Positions 40,551 to 55,223 of a stretch of DNA of 64,000 nucleotides are shown here, one piece after another (positions within the stretch are counted from its first letter, which is position 1; every line of letters starts with the position of its first letter). Origin of the DNA: Eledone cirrhosa (Eukaryota). The notes beneath the pieces were generated by a model. It ran no database searches and had not been told where the DNA came from. It worked only from the letters and a program-made list of their open reading frames with translations. Both the position numbers and the translations under genes were made by a program. The DNA is taken from NCBI GenBank assembly GCA_964016885.1, contig OZ024743.1:27590001-27654000 (forward strand), in the 5' to 3' direction.

Positions 40551-43500
40551 CTACAGGCTTATAAACAGAGAAGGCCCAATCACTCGTGCCCTTTTCGCTT
40601 CATTCACCCACCTTTCAGTAAATTTACTGGGGTGCAGTGCCTCTCTCTCCACCCTGATTCTCCTTCTAAAGTGATACTTAAAGAAGGGAATGTTGCCCGG
40701 AGAGAAATGTATCTGTCCTCAGTCCTCTCAACCTCGCCCACGATTTAATTTCTTTCACCATAGCCACCGTATAGAGGAAAACCGCCTCTCTTTCGTTTTT
40801 GAAAGAGGCTGATGGTTTGATCCTTACTATGGACTCGGCAGTCAACTGTATTTGTCCCATACGCGACAGCAGTTGTTCTGCATAGTTCCACAGGTCGGTT
40901 ACGCCCGGGCAGTGTACAATTGCGTGCAGGACTGTTTCAATGTCCTGTGCGCATCTTGGACACGTACTCTTGGAAGGATCCCTGCCGGGGCGTCCGTGCC
41001 TGTAGATCTTGTCACGAACCGGTAGAGCTCCTAAGGTAGCACTGCCAGGCCAGGGACCTCTGGAAGTTGTCCATAGGTCTCGGGAGGAAAGTCCTACCAA
41101 ACAGACTGGTGAGCTCATCGTCTTCGAGGCCCAGAGTCTCTCCGAGCACGTCGTCGCCCTTGTAACGTACAATCCCTCTATAGAATGTCGAAGTGGAGTC
41201 TCTACTGATTGCTGCGCCCGCTTGGCAGAAGACTGTGAGCCCCTGAGCGCATTAAATGTGCCAGGCGCCCATCGTTTTCAGTCTTTTCTTGACCCAGGAC
41301 TGAAGCTCCGTCATCGAGACGAGCTGTGGGAAAGCCTGTCTCACAAACGGTGCCCACACTGATTTGGGGTCGGTGAGGAATACCTGGAGATGCCGCAGCC
41401 TCAGCGCATGTTTGCGCATCATCAGCCACGGCATTCCCAGCCCTCCGTTGGAAGGGTGCTGACAGCGGAGCCTGCTTCTTCCACAGAAACTGGAAGAGCA
41501 TGCGTTCCATCTTGGCGAGGTGTTCACGGCGACAAGGCACGACAGTCAAGCGGTAGTAGATGACGGACACTATGAAAGTGTTCACCACCTCTGCTCGACC
41601 TTTCAAGGACAGTTTGCACTCTGCCCATTTCTGGGTGAGTGCAAACACCTTGGCCGTGACCTCGTTCCAGTTTTTCTCCACCTGGAGGTCTGGACCGAAC
41701 CAAACCCCGAGCAATTTCACCGGCCCATCCGTCCAGCGTCCAACGACGCTGTCAAATATCATCGGTTTGCCTCTCCACGTACCAAGTTGCAAACCGACAG
41801 ACTTTTCCGGGTTTAGTTTTGCTCCCGTTAGAGTTTCGTATTCTTTCAGTAAGTTGCCGATCACCCCGATTTCCGAGGTGCTCGACACCATTACCGTAAC
41901 GTCGTCGGCATAAGCCGACGCCGCTTTGCGCAGTCCCGGTTCTAGAGGGATGCCCTGCAACAGCTCCAATTTCCACAGTAGTGGCTCTAGAGTCAATACA
42001 TACAGAATGGAGGAGAGAGGGCACCCATGTCGAATGGAACGCATGATTAATAACAGCTCCGATAGGTAGCCGTTCACCTTGACCCTCGAGCAGATGCTGG
42101 TGTGCATCGCCTCGATCCATCCTCTGAAAACGGGACCGAAACCGTTCGCCTTTTGAACCGCTTCCAAGTATCGATGGTCGACCCTATCGAATGCCTTAGA
42201 CTGCTCCAAGTTGATCAGAGCCCCACCGAAGCCGGGTTTACTACCCACCCTCTCTATAATGTATCACATGAGGTGGAGGTTGTCGTGTATGGACCTGGTC
42301 GGGATTGCACACGTTTGCGCTTTCCCTACCAGGTTCTCGACGACAAGCGCCAACCTCGTCGCTAGCACCTTGGCCAAAATCTTTAATTCTGTGTTGAACA
42401 GAGTTATGGGCCTGAAGTTGTTAATCTCGTCCCCCTTGTTCTCGTCTTTCCTGATCAGCGTTACTACGCCCTTGCCTGCAGAACTGGGAATTCTCCCGTT
42501 CTGCTGCCAATTGCAGTAGACGGCTTCGAGGACGCCAGAGAACAAGTCCGGCATGCCTATGTAAAACTCGTAGGGTAGACCATCTAGACCGGGTGACTTG
42601 CGTTTCCCGCAGCGGCCCAGAGTGTCCCGTATCTCAGTGTCCGTGATCGGGCTTTCGCAGAACTCGGCGTCCGTGTTCGAGAGATGTGGCAGGCCGTCGA
42701 GGTATGAACTAAAGTCCATTGCCCCGTTCGGCTCACCGTCGTTCTGCTCACCGTCGTTCTGCTCAAAGTGCTGTTGAAAGGCTGCGCACATTTGCTTGGG
42801 GTCAAGTAGCACGCGTCCGTTTTGGTCTTTCAAAGACCGAATCGTGGACTTGTTGCCACTTTTTGCCTCCGCCACTCGGGCCCAGCTGATAGCTTTCGCT
42901 CCTCCGTTTCCTAGAGCACGTGTTTTGCTTCTGACCACGCAGCCTTCGTGTTTCGCATCGAAGAACTGGTCCAGTGCCGTTCTCGACGCTAACACTCTAG
43001 CGGCGTTGCCACTTCTAAGTGCCTCCCCTACCTTGGCTACTAGTTCTCTTTCTATTCTGTTTTTCTCTAAGGCTAACTCTCTGCTATACCCATCGATTCT
43101 ATTCTAATTGCTTTCTTGAGAGAGTACCACCATCTATTGTTGACGATGGCTCCCGTTAACTGTTGCTTGACTAGTCTACTTATCCGTTCACTGTAAGCTT
43201 TACGTGCCGGCAACGACACGTTCAGCTTCCAGTATCCGGGTCGCTGTCTATGTATTCTATTACGGTTGACTAAGCAGACGACTAACTTGCGATCTGAATA
43301 GGCAACCATGTGCATTCGTGGAGAGCTTAACATCTCCTTGTCCCTTTCTCTAATGAAGAACCTATCTAAATACGATCTAGATGTCCCGCTGCGGTTTGCC
43401 CACGTCAACTGTTGTGCAGTCGGGAAATCCAGTCGATACCTATCGGCCAGTTGGAATTGGCCGATTAAACTTTTGAGGCTGTTGCACCCCGCTCTACTGG

Positions 43501-43975
43501 GACATGCTTCCACATAGTCCCATCGTGCATCTAGGATACCATTCCAGTCCCCCACTAAACGTAAGGAGCGAGACGTTCCCAGAAAAGACTCTAGACGCTT
43601 AAAGAAGTCTGGCCGTGATTGCGATTGCCCGGACTGGGCATATACGGCCACCAGTCTGAAGGCTCCGCCTCCAATACTGTTCACGTCTAGGACTACCAGT
43701 CTACCCTCCGGGTCCAAGTGTACTTGCTGTACTTCGACGTCCAGGTTCTTCCGAAACATGACAGCCACTCCACCTCCACCTCCTGGCTGACAGAGAGATG
43801 CGTAGATCTCAAAGTCGTCGAAGATGGGGGTTAGTTGCTGCCTGTTGTGGATCCTGGACTCGGTGATGGCTATCACATCCATACTGTGTGACCTAAGGTT
43901 GTTTAAAAGTTGGCCCTGTTTCCAAGGCATCCCTAGGCCACGCACATTCACGGTTCCAACTCGTAAACTAGCCAT
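40551..43975 (-). pseudogene. LINE ORF2: APE endonuclease + RT + C-terminal Cys motif, several frameshifts
   Basis: MASLRVGTVNVRGL, IAITES, LVGDWN, SYLDRFF, YSDRK, YWKLN, KSPGLDG, NFRPITLFN, KAFDRVDH, GCPLS, AYADDV, CPRC...ETVLHAIVHC. Likely stop at 40551-40553. Confidence 0.92.
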
Positions 43976-45539
43976 GTTGCTGAAGAAGAGTTGGAGAAAA
44001 AGGACGAAAAGGTGCATTTACCTTTCGTTTCCTGGAGATCGGGTTGTTCAATCTCCATTTGGGTGCTGGATCGGGTGTTGGGTGGGGTGAGGAAATATTT
44101 TGACAGGATGCGGTTGATGGGTTTCTGGCAGGGGTTGCCCGCGTCCTGTAAAAATTTATTTTTTAGGTCACTATAGGTCTCCATAGAAACCCTTATAAGT
44201 TTAAGGTGTGGAGATGATTCTGCCTTGACGAAAGTTTTTCCCTCCGTCTCCACCTTGGGGTTTTGGGAGATGACCTCCATCAAACTCTTGTTATTTGTGT
44301 TGATGTATGCGTATTGATGTTTGTGTTTTTGTTGTGTTGTTTTAGTTTGTTGTTCGTCCGGGAGTTTTCTTTTTATGGTGTTTGGGGTGGTGTTGGTTTT
44401 GCTGATAGGGGGATGTTTGACTGTGGTGTTGTTTGTGTTGTTGTTTGTGTCTGTGGTTGTGTGTTGGTGTTGGTGATTGGAGTTTTGGGGGTTTTGTAGT
44501 GTCTCTTTTTTTGTTTTTTAGATTTCCGCGGCTCTCCCTCTTCTTCACTTAAAGAAGGAGAAGCAGCTTCATCCGTCGATGAATAATCATCGTCAGGTGT
44601 GTGTGGTAGGGGTATGTTGTGTGGTGGTGGTGTTTCGGTGTGTGTGTTTGTGGTAGTGTTTGATGGAGTGGGATGTAGTGGGGCTGTGTTATTCAGGTGT
44701 GTTGTCTCTGTTTTTTCTGTTGTTGTTGGTTGAGTGTCTGTTTGTTTTGGTGTGGTTGCTCGCTTCGTCTGTCGTTGTACTTGTGGTGGTGGTTGTTTTG
44801 GTGTTGATGTTGGTAATAGTGATTTTTAATGATGTTTTTGTTGTGTGTTTGTGGACAAGAGGCTTTTAGGTGTGCTGTGCTACCACAGCGAAAGCAATGA
44901 CATTTTCGTCCTTCTACCGAAATGTTTATTTTGTTGTTACCATCGATGACGACTCTTTCGGGTATTTTGGAGATTCTCTCCGGTTTCATTTGCAACAGAA
45001 TCTCCAAATCAGTACCCTCCACCTTTGTCGAATAGATTTTCGTATCGAAAGAATCATATCAGTTTCTGGCTCTATGAAGCCAGCCAAGATCCACCAGATG
45101 TTAATGTTTGGGGTATGTTTTTTATTTTTATTTTTTGTGTCCTTTTTCCCATGTATGTAGGGGAAAAGGTGTATGCTTTTGACACCATTGGTGTCACAGA
45201 ATGCTTTTGGGCGAGTGCCTCGCTTTTAAACAGTACGGAAACACTTCCGTACTGTTTTCCTCGCTGGAGAAAATCGATATTTGCTAGAATTTCCTTGAAA
45301 GTAGCTTCTATATCTGCTTGGCTAACAAATGTAGGATTTCTTGTGGAATTTGACACAGTCCTAAAGGTGACTGATCTGCGAATTGTGTCTTCCTTTATTT
45401 CAAGGGGTGAGTTAATTCTAAACCCGCCTTTTTCTTCGAAAGTTACAAATTTTCCCCCTTGCTGGGGCATATCTCTTGCGTTGGAGATATCAAGATTTAT
45501 AAAATCTTGTTTTTTGTTCACTGTTTCAGCAAAAGACAT
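43948..45539 (-). pseudogene. LINE ORF1 (gag-like, CCHC zinc knuckle), frameshifted
   Basis: ORF pieces 45072-45539 (MSFAETVNK...), 44693-45022 with CFRCGSTAHLKASC, a low-complexity linker, and 43948-44283 overlapping the ORF2 start. Confidence 0.8.
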
Positions 45540-45651
45540 TTTCTTTTCAAATAATTTGTTCTGTTTTTCGTATATAAATTAACAAAAAATCTTACCGGCG
45601 ATGTTTCACGCGTCAGACAGAAAGAGAGATAGAGAGAGAGAGAGAGACGGA

Positions 45652-45734
<83 letters not shown>

Positions 45735-48699
45735 AACTTTTTTATTTGATTTATGTTTTTTTTTTCTTTTTAAAGAACATCTACTGATAGTTCTGCTGCA
45801 AAAATACGTTGTGAATTTATTAAATCAAAGTTTTCTTTGTTGTTCTAAAATTCAAATTCCTTGCATCTAGACTTTTCAGGCCATTGAACTCAGGCGCGCC
45901 TGATGTATAGCCTAAAATGTTGCAGCTTATTCATTCTCACTATCACTGTTTTGAGCTAGTGCGAAAAAAAGTTAATTATATATCGACGTGTGTTCTTGGT
46001 GACCCCTCTGGTTATACGTTCCAACAGTTGACGAGCGTAAACAGCAACATTGTAAAACGGAAGAATGTTTCAATTAGCTTGCATTCATATCGTCTCCTGT
46101 CAATATGCAGTATATGTTAGTATGTAAAATATGCCCTCACGTTAGTATATATAATATCTCATTAGGCATGATATTCTATATGATTTAAATCCAATCTGGA
46201 TCTCATTCCATGGTTTGTCAGTATGTAGAGTATGTTATAGCGAAAATTATGTTACATTTTCAGTGCTGGATACGAATATAGTGTATGCAAGATATGTTGT
46301 AGTGTATCAGTATTAAAAAATGCTATCAGGCTGTATTTCTCAATCTTTGTAAAACAGCGTTCTCTTGCAAATTATTTTCCACTTTCTTCTCAAATAAAAT
46401 GAAATAGTCACCTTTCAAGCCTACTGTTCTATGCAAGGAAATCCTGTGGCTGCTGCTTTTCTAATACATATATAATCTTAGTTCTAATGCCATTGAGCGT
46501 AAATGTCATGTTACTCCCTTTAAATGCATTCAGTCTATTTCGTTGTTTTTATAGTATTGGAAAAAAGACCATTATTTAGGCTAGTTCGGGCCATCACATT
46601 AAATATAGTTTTGAAAGTATGCTTTCATATTCAATGCTGCTACAACACAGGTTTAGCTATAAAATAGTAAAACAAATTGAGCGTATAAACCCTAAGTGAC
46701 AAATGTTTTATAGTTAAAACTGCATTGTAGCAACATTAAAAAGCTAACATATTTTCAAAATTCAGATTTACTGAACGTTTCATGAAACAATTATTTCTTT
46801 ACTTTATCAATATTTCCGACTTTATCATCCTTTTGAGTTATCGTATCGTAATTCAATTAATTTTTCTTGAATTTCTTCTTCAACAGAACCATCATTTAAA
46901 TGAATCTATCACACATGATTTTACTTCAAAAGAAACATAAATCAGCGGGTCTTTTGTTCGTGTCAGTTTTTAAGATAATATCTTCACACTTTGGTTCAAC
47001 ATCTATTTTGTTATGTGAAGAACAAATTCTTGCCAGTTCAGACATGATGTGGAATAGGTTTTTAATATCAATCAATTTAATGAGCTGCCTTTCAGGTTGA
47101 AATGATACCTCACTAAACCTTCGAGATATCAAAGCTGGAGAATATAAGTTATTTCTGTGCTTTCTTATTTCGTTTGCAATAACTCTGTTCCATTTACATT
47201 CTAGAAAGTTACTTCTACCATCAAAAAGGGTTATTTATACACGTTGCTAAGCAATTTCCTTTGATCCATCAGGCTTCCGCTAATTAAGATCGAAACAAAC
47301 TTTACTGAATAGGCAATCGTATTTGCTATGTGATTTTATTTTAATAACCACACTAAATCAATAATGTAGAATTGAATACATGTTTTGGGTACAGAATCTT
47401 TCCTATGATCAATCCAATGTATAGCAATGATATGGAGCATATGTTCAAATGTGTTCGACCAATAATGTAGCATCTCAAGTTTTAACTGACTGTTTCTTTA
47501 AGACTTTAGTACTATGAAACCAAGAGCTTAAAATAATAAAATATATTTCTTAGTTGTTTCAGTTTCTAGGTATTTTACAAATGATATATCGTTATTCCAT
47601 ATTCGGTCATCATTTACATAATGTACATACGCTATGGGAAGGGCATTATTATCTCCAACTGTGCAGTTGACAAACTGAAATTAGATTTTTACAATGTTCA
47701 AAGTTTCGTTTACTCGTCTTCTCGTCATATTTGATCCTGATATAAATTTATTTTTTTCCTGTAATTGTATGATTACAGCCAATTTGAAGCGTATGTTTGC
47801 CCTACATATGACAGAATATTAGCTAGCAAATAAATAACATCACAAAATATAACATTCTTACTCCTCTAATTTAGTATCTACATAGGTATAGACCCGTAGC
47901 TCTAGGTGGAGTCGTAGCAGCCTCCTTTGTATCTACATCATTACTCGCGTGTTTTGAAACTTGGCGGAGCCCATTTCCTCTCTAGGTCTGAACACAACAG
48001 ATTTCTTCCAGAGAAAGATAGAGAGATGAAAAGAGAAATATATATATATAGAGAGAGAGTGAGGCAGAAAGAGAGAGAAGGGAAAAAGAGAGAGAGAGGG
48101 GAGGGGAGAGTAAGAAAGATATATAGAAGACGAATTGAGCCTAGTACTAGAATGGTAGTTGACTTCGACTGGATTTGAACGTAAAGTGCAGAGGCGTTCC
48201 ATTCGTTGTTTTAACAATAGCAATTCTCCGCATTCAATATCTACCCAAGGGAAATTGAAAAGAAAAACGAGAATAGGTTAGAGTGAAGGCGTCTGTACAA
48301 TATCTGTCGAATAAGATTTATTGCAAATAGACTGAAAGGAATTATATAGAATTATATAAAACATAAAAATACAAGTAAATATATCAATTATTTTGAAATT
48401 TTAAGATAATATCTGTAAACAAATTATGGAATAATGTTGGATATTTTAGATGTAAAAAAATACTGTAAAGCATGATGCTAAAGAAATGGATATTTAACGA
48501 AATTACTATAATAATTTAATACATTAATCCATATCTCAGGAATGTATAATTAAACATTATTTATGTTATTAATGTATTTTAAATATTAAATTACAAAATT
48601 TATGAGCTTAGATATTTGTGAGAAAAATACTACAACAGATAATAAGGTTAACCCAAGGCATGGTAATATTGAATAAAATAATTATCAATATTTTAATAA

Positions 48700-49471
48700 T
48701 TGGTATCAAGTGTCTACAAATAAAGAAATTAACGGACGAAAAGTTCCTGGAAGAATCCTACCTGTGGAATCCAAGTATTGTCGAGTATACCAAAGTTATA
48801 ATTTTCATATGAAAAGCCACTTCCCAGTCGAGCATATATACCAGAGAGTTACTGATAAAAATACTATTGATATTTCATACCGAACAACCGAATTTAGCTG
48901 ACAATATAACGTTTAGAAACCATACAAAAATGAAAGTATTTATGAATACCTCTAACAAATGCGTTGACAATGTGATATTGAATATTCCATTAGCTAAGTA
49001 AACAAAGCCTCTTAAGTACTAAATGTTGATTCTGATGACATACGTGTTGACAATAACAAGACCCCTAACATATGATGATATTGTATCTAGAATGATGATA
49101 TTGTATCTAGAATATCTACACAGCTCATAAAGGGCATTGTTTGAAGAAGAATGTAGTTTATAAATATAGAGGTGTCACCAAAAAACAACAGAGATTTTTA
49201 TAAGTGAACTATATTAAATTATTTTAAGGAGCTGTATTCTTCACATTTACTTTCTTTTAGAAATGAAAATTAAAAACAAAATACTACTTTGCTTGTTCAG
49301 GGTATTTGGGGTTTAAATATTTCCAACATAGAATATAGTGCACAGTGGTCTATAATTAATACTGGCACTCTTTACAAAATGGACAGTTCTGAATATAATT
49401 TCTGTCCGGTCGATGCTGTGAAAAAAGCAATGTCTGACAAAAACACATTTGAAATGCTGGCAAGAAATTAA
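48700..49471 (+). mobile_element. Old degenerate PLE fragment (post-RT region + GIY-YIG), different family from the intact PLE
   Basis: KSHFPVEHIYQRVTDKNTIDISYRT resembles the PLE 'khFP..h...ifnkntvkiSYs' motif. Downstream KNVVYK...FKELYSSHLLSFRNE...IWGL...QWSII...YNFC resembles the GIY-YIG region. Stops and frameshifts present. Confidence 0.55.
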
Positions 49472-49659
49472 CTTTTGTTGTCCATATAGGTTTCATCTTT
49501 CATTTTATAGAATGGTTCATGAAGCTACATAAATGAAACAATGTTCCCATTTGGGGACTTATCACACTCTTATTTGAATTTTCTATAATCAGTTCCCTAT
49601 GTTTAAACCTTAAGTCTATTATCCTTAGTAAATTAATGTTGGATAGTAAATTTTACATC

Positions 49660-49975
49660 AGAAGAAGGGAGGTAGCTGTAAAAGCCGAACTCGCTATCTT
49701 CAGTTCGGTATTCGTGCCAACCCTTACCTATGGTTATGAATCTTGGGTAATGATCGAAATAAATACAATCGCGAATACAAGCGGCCGAAATGCAGCTTCT
49801 CCGAAGGGTCTTTGGAGGAACGTTACTCAATAGAATGCGTAGCTCGGAGACAAGAGAGTCACTGAAGGCGTAGTCGCTACTTCTGCGAATTGAGAGATCA
49901 CAGCTACGATACAACGGGCATGCTGTTAGAATGTCTAAGGACAGAATCACCGGCCAGATTTTAATATCGAAACCA
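49660..49975 (+). mobile_element. Degenerate RTE-like LINE fragment
   Basis: KAELAIFSSVFVPTLTYGYESWVM; downstream, in another frame, RSQLRYNGHAVRMS. Confidence 0.65.
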
Positions 49976-52900
49976 TGTAGAAGTTATATTTTTAAAAATA
50001 TTGTATAAATTATTCAAATGTAACTACTAACACTTCAGCGTACTCCCTTCTTTCACTTTCTCGCACTTTGTTATTAAATGAATCAGTCGTTAAAACACGG
50101 TGTTCAGTGTCTAATATGAACATTTACAGCATGAGTATCTGCACTTAATTTTCTATAATTAAGAAATAAACATTAAATTAACATTCCCTTACATTTAATT
50201 TAATCAGCCAATTGTTTCTCTTATTTCAATGTTTCCTATTTGTCTCTTTTTTTAAAAATATCTTTTATATTCATTATACAAATAATATGACTTGACTGGC
50301 AATTTGTCGTTTACGGTGAGGAGCGTTCCAGTTGATTCGTTCAACGGAAGAGCCTGATCATGAAATTAATATGCAAGTAACTGATCATTTCACAGACACG
50401 TGTACCCATAATGTATTTCCTAGGTAGATTTTGCGTGACACAGAATGTGACAAAGCTGGACCTTTGAATTACAGGTATAACTCATTTTTTTCACCTTTGT
50501 GGACTGGAGCAACGAGAAATAATGTGTCTTGCTCAAGGATATAACACGCTGCCGTGAATCGAACTCACGATTGTCAGCCAAATACCGTAACCTCCAAAAC
50601 ACGTTCCTTCACACATAATAAAATATTGCAAATATAAGTTTTATTAAAGTGATTTTCACATGCCCTAATTCATTATGAAATATTACTGATATTATGAGAA
50701 ATATAATCGATTTCTATAAAACTAATAATTTAGTAATAGCTCTTTCATATTATTACAGTGTAAGTGTATATCCGTATTGGCTGAAATAATAATTATAAAT
50801 TGAAAATATATTCCTAACCTTAATATGCTTAAGAATACAAATACAATTTAATTGGTTATAAGATATGTATTAATGCATTACAATAATTAACAATTAATTT
50901 ATTTAATGTTATAATTTACCATACTTCCCTAATATTTAATTCTGCCAGCATTATCCTATATATTGTTTACACATATTAAAATATAATTTCTAAATAATTG
51001 AGAATTTTTTCTTGTGATTACAATTATATCTTATTATATTCCTATATAATTCCTCTTAATTTATTTTGAATTATCTTTTTCTATAGATATTGTATACTCC
51101 TCACCACTCTAATATATAATATTTCAGGTTCTATTTTCCTGTCTTTCGATTTCGCACTTTCTATATATGATGACATTATTAGTCAACTAAAGATTTTTTT
51201 CATATAGTGCTAAGTTTACCAATATACGAACAGTGATTACATAATCATTTCAATAATCTCCGAAGACACAAAAATTAACCCAATTCGACAATAAATCCTT
51301 GAGCCATATATAAATATATGATATATATATATATAAATACATATTTTATAGATATTAATAATGAAAGCTTATATACAGTAATAACTTTAATTTTATATAT
51401 GTATATTTATATACATACATACATATACCTTGCCTTTAATCCTTTCGGGGTCGATAAAGAAAGTACCATCCTAGTGGCTGTGGGTTGGCGAAATTTTTTA
51501 AGAATATGGCGGGAAACTTACATAACTGAGCCGAGTTAGTGCACTCTGAATTCAAAACTTGCCTCCTTATGCTGTATGTTGCAGCAAGTAGAGAGTATCA
51601 GCAAAGGAAGGACCAACGGAAATATAGTTCCTTTAGTCCGATCTGTCGATCAGTTCTATTTATGTATTCAGCGTACTAGCAGTATTCGTTGTCTACACAG
51701 GTACTCATATGGAGAATTAAACATAGGGGTGTATTATGAATGTTTTACAGTGAATTGTAACATGTAGTCAGTAACAACGAGCTATTGATAATTACATGAA
51801 CATATTGCAGTAAATTATATTGCCACAGGGATGGATACTATGTATATTTAAGTGAATTGGCTCGTCAGAGATACGCTTTCTGCATCGCAGGATATGAAGC
51901 TATGTGGTACTTGCTACACAGATGACATATAAGCAGAATATGTTGTTCTATGCTAAATGGGACATCCTCATACATATTGCATAACGTTACATTATGTTTC
52001 TCGTATATCATATCAATGTTTCTCTTCATACTCTAAATACTATATTTCCAAATGCTATATTTGTCTTTCCGAACACCATAATTCGACCATCTGCTCCCTT
52101 CATTCAACGAGGGAAATAGAGGTGGGGAATAATCCTGCAATGTCTGCCCAGTCTTATTTTTTATCTAGCAAAGTAATGTCCTTTCTATAAGCACACCATA
52201 CTGAACAGCCAATCCGTTACTAAGAAGATAATTTAAAACAAACAAGGTTGAAATACCAAACGTTGCAAGAAACAGTTGTATTGAATAGCTCAAGTATTAC
52301 ACAACCACGAATCTCCTTGTAGAAATCTGTCAATTATATTAAACTACTTCAGTTTTAATTAACCCAATGGCTTCAGTATAAGAGACCTTAAAATGTCCAT
52401 CTTTCTTTTCTTCTTGCCAATCTCTAATTATTTGCCACTTCGCAATTATCCACCATCATTACAAACACCACAACCTCAACCACAAACAAGACTACAACTA
52501 CAAACACGACTACGCAACAGCACCACCACCAAAATCCTCATTCTATCATCACGTACACCATCACAGTCACCCCCACCACCGATACTAGCCCTGTCACTAC
52601 CATATTAACCACGTCTAACTAAGTTTCCCATCCCCCCATCACAAACTGTCACAGTTTCTTCTTATCTTTTTTAAAACTTTTGTTTTTACTTTATCAGTTT
52701 CTTTCTTTCTTTTTGTTTTGTTTGTCTGTTTACTTCTTTCCTTCATTTTTTCTCTCTCTTTGGCCATTCTTTAATTTCTTTATTTGTTTCTATTCATTAT
52801 TTCTTTAGATATTTTCAGCTCTATTAATACGGTACAGGGCATCTGCAGCACAGCATATTTCTCCGCATCCCAATCCTTCTCATCCTCCTCATTCTCGTCC

Positions 52901-53127
52901 TCTCCATCCTCAAACCCCTTCCACATCCCCTTCCTCCTCAACTCTCTCCTCATCACCGTCCTCCCCCTCTTCCCCTTTGTCATGATCCTTCTCATTTTCT
53001 TCTTTCTCTCCCGACACTTCCTCATCATCACAACTTCCACTACCACCATTTTCACGACGTCAACGACGATGACCACCACCATCACTAACCCCTTCCTCCA
53101 CCTTCTCCTCCTCCTCATCATTATTTT

Positions 53128-53303
53128 CATTGGCAGAATCGGTAGAGGGTCGGACGCCATGCTTTGACGCAGAGAGTTACGACCCTAGCCATTCTGAGTT
53201 CAAATCCCGCCGAGGTTAACTTTGCCTTACGAGGTCGATAAAATAAAGTACCAGTAATACACTGGTTATTTGCTGGCCTTGTGCCAAAAGTAGAAACAAT
53301 TAT
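53128..53303 (+). mobile_element. SINE family 1
   Basis: Head, core (small deletion) and tail. Confidence 0.85.
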
Positions 53304-53977
53304 TTTCATTGTAATAGTCACTGCTATCAATAATTATCAGGCGATGGAATGGGAGTCCATTAGATTCTGGCCATAGTATATAACAATCTCAACAACCTGT
53401 TACGATATATGGTGACTTTCATTCTTTCCGAATCGATCAAATGCGTTGCAGTATTTTGTTAGGTTATTTTAAGATCTCAATTGAATCCTACCAAATTAAA
53501 GGCTTTGTTTTCATCTATCTGCTATAAGAGAAAGGGTGCGGCAGTCCCCTGAATCTTTGTAAGTCCATCTAAATCAATGTTGAATAATTTATTAGTGTGT
53601 ATTGACTGGAAGGGTCCGGCAAGGAAAACATCAAAGGGTTCTGAAGACCTGGGGAGGTAGAACTGTGATAAATCTTTAGCAATTTCGGTTCTGTATTGGG
53701 TTTCAATAAATTTTTAAAACCATGAAATCTTTGGAGGAATTTGATAAAATAATCAACCTTTTCACAATTACGTCGATGTTTGGAACATTACATAAAAGTT
53801 TCATTCCGGAAAAATTGAAGAGTTTCATATAAATATGAATATTTAAAAAATGTGAGTTTAGTATCGTAAACACGTGGTTTCATGCGGTTTAGTAGCAGAA
53901 TATTTAACGAAGTGTCTTAGCCACTTAGAGTGACTGGGGAAGTTTAGATGTGAAGCTATTTCATAATTTTTCGCAGT

Positions 53978-54493
53978 AGGTGATCGATTGACAGTATCGG
54001 TAGAGTGTCGGACACCATGCTTTGCAGCATAGAGTTACGGCCCTTTATGATCATTATTTCTGACATTAGCGGTGGATTGGCAGAATCGGTAGAGAGTCGG
54101 ACACCATGCTTTGAATCATAGAGTTACTTCCCTTTATGATCTGAGTCCAAATCCCGCCGAGTTTAATTTTGCCTTTCATCCTTACGGGGGTCGATAAAAT
54201 AAAGTTCCAGTCACGCACTGGAGTCGATTTAATCGACTTTCCCCTCGCCCAAAATTGCTGGCCTTGTGCTTATATAAGAAACCATTATTTTTCCCAGTAA
54301 AGGTGGTGGATCGGCAGTATCGGTAGAGGGTCGGACGCCATGCTTTGACGCATAGAGTTATGCCCCTTTATGGTCTGTGTTCAAATCCCGCGGAGGTTAA
54401 CTTTACATTTCATATTTACGGGGTCGATAAAATAAAGTACCAGTAATGTACTGGGTAATTGCTGGCCTTGTGCCAAAATGTAGAAACAATTAT
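53978..54493 (+). mobile_element. SINE family 1 tandem cluster (partial + two full)
   Basis: Copies at 53978-54050, 54068-54290 and 54301-54493. Confidence 0.85.
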
Positions 54494-55029
54494 TTTTACC
54501 AGTATCTATTTTAACATAGGTGTTCAATGTATTAAAGTTTACGACAATGATGGTGTTTATGAAGATGTTAATGTGTTGAGGTACTAATAGGACCAAGGTC
54601 AGGATAAGTCATATTCAAATATTATGCACTTGGAAGTATGCAAAAATTAGATTATTGGGATGACAGATAAATTTAATTTATATAAAATAGTGCCTTTCCT
54701 TATGCCATAAATACGTGCTTATTTTGTTTAATGGTTAATCAGCCCTGAATGTGACGTTTGTTTATATATTCGCACAGAAGAGGGTGTCCTAAAGCCAGTG
54801 ACCTAACTCCAGGGTTTTCAACAGAATTGAATCAGTGAAAAGCTCCCAGGGGACAGTTGATTGTATTAAGCTAGGCGTAATATTATTTACCATCCATGTA
54901 GATGACGATGGGATTTGGAATCCAAGCACACACAATCAGAAAAATATATTGAGAAACAATTTGACCTACCTTCTAACGTCTCAGCCTACTCAACACACAC
55001 ACGGACACACACGCACACACACACACACA

Positions 55030-55108
<79 letters not shown>

Positions 55109-55223
55109 ACACTCACACACATATATAAGATATCAACATGATTAGACCTGTTATGTTTTACTAAAGACATTTTTTCCAATTCCAACCCGCCCGTCCCCTT
55201 AATTTATCTTATTTCTCATTCTT

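Larger units (their letters stand above)
40372..45620 (-). mobile_element. Tx1/L1-clade non-LTR retrotransposon, near full length, frameshifted
   Basis: ORF1 and ORF2 fragments in the expected order. T-rich 3' UTR ending at GTTAAAAAA (~40372). 5' end abuts a (TC)n tract (plus-strand GA repeat 45620-45727). Confidence 0.92.

Noticed and set aside
53540-53950. Possible highly decayed PLE RT remnants (also ~7950-8600, minus)
   Set aside because: Only faint motif resemblance with many stops; cannot be supported without a translated search.
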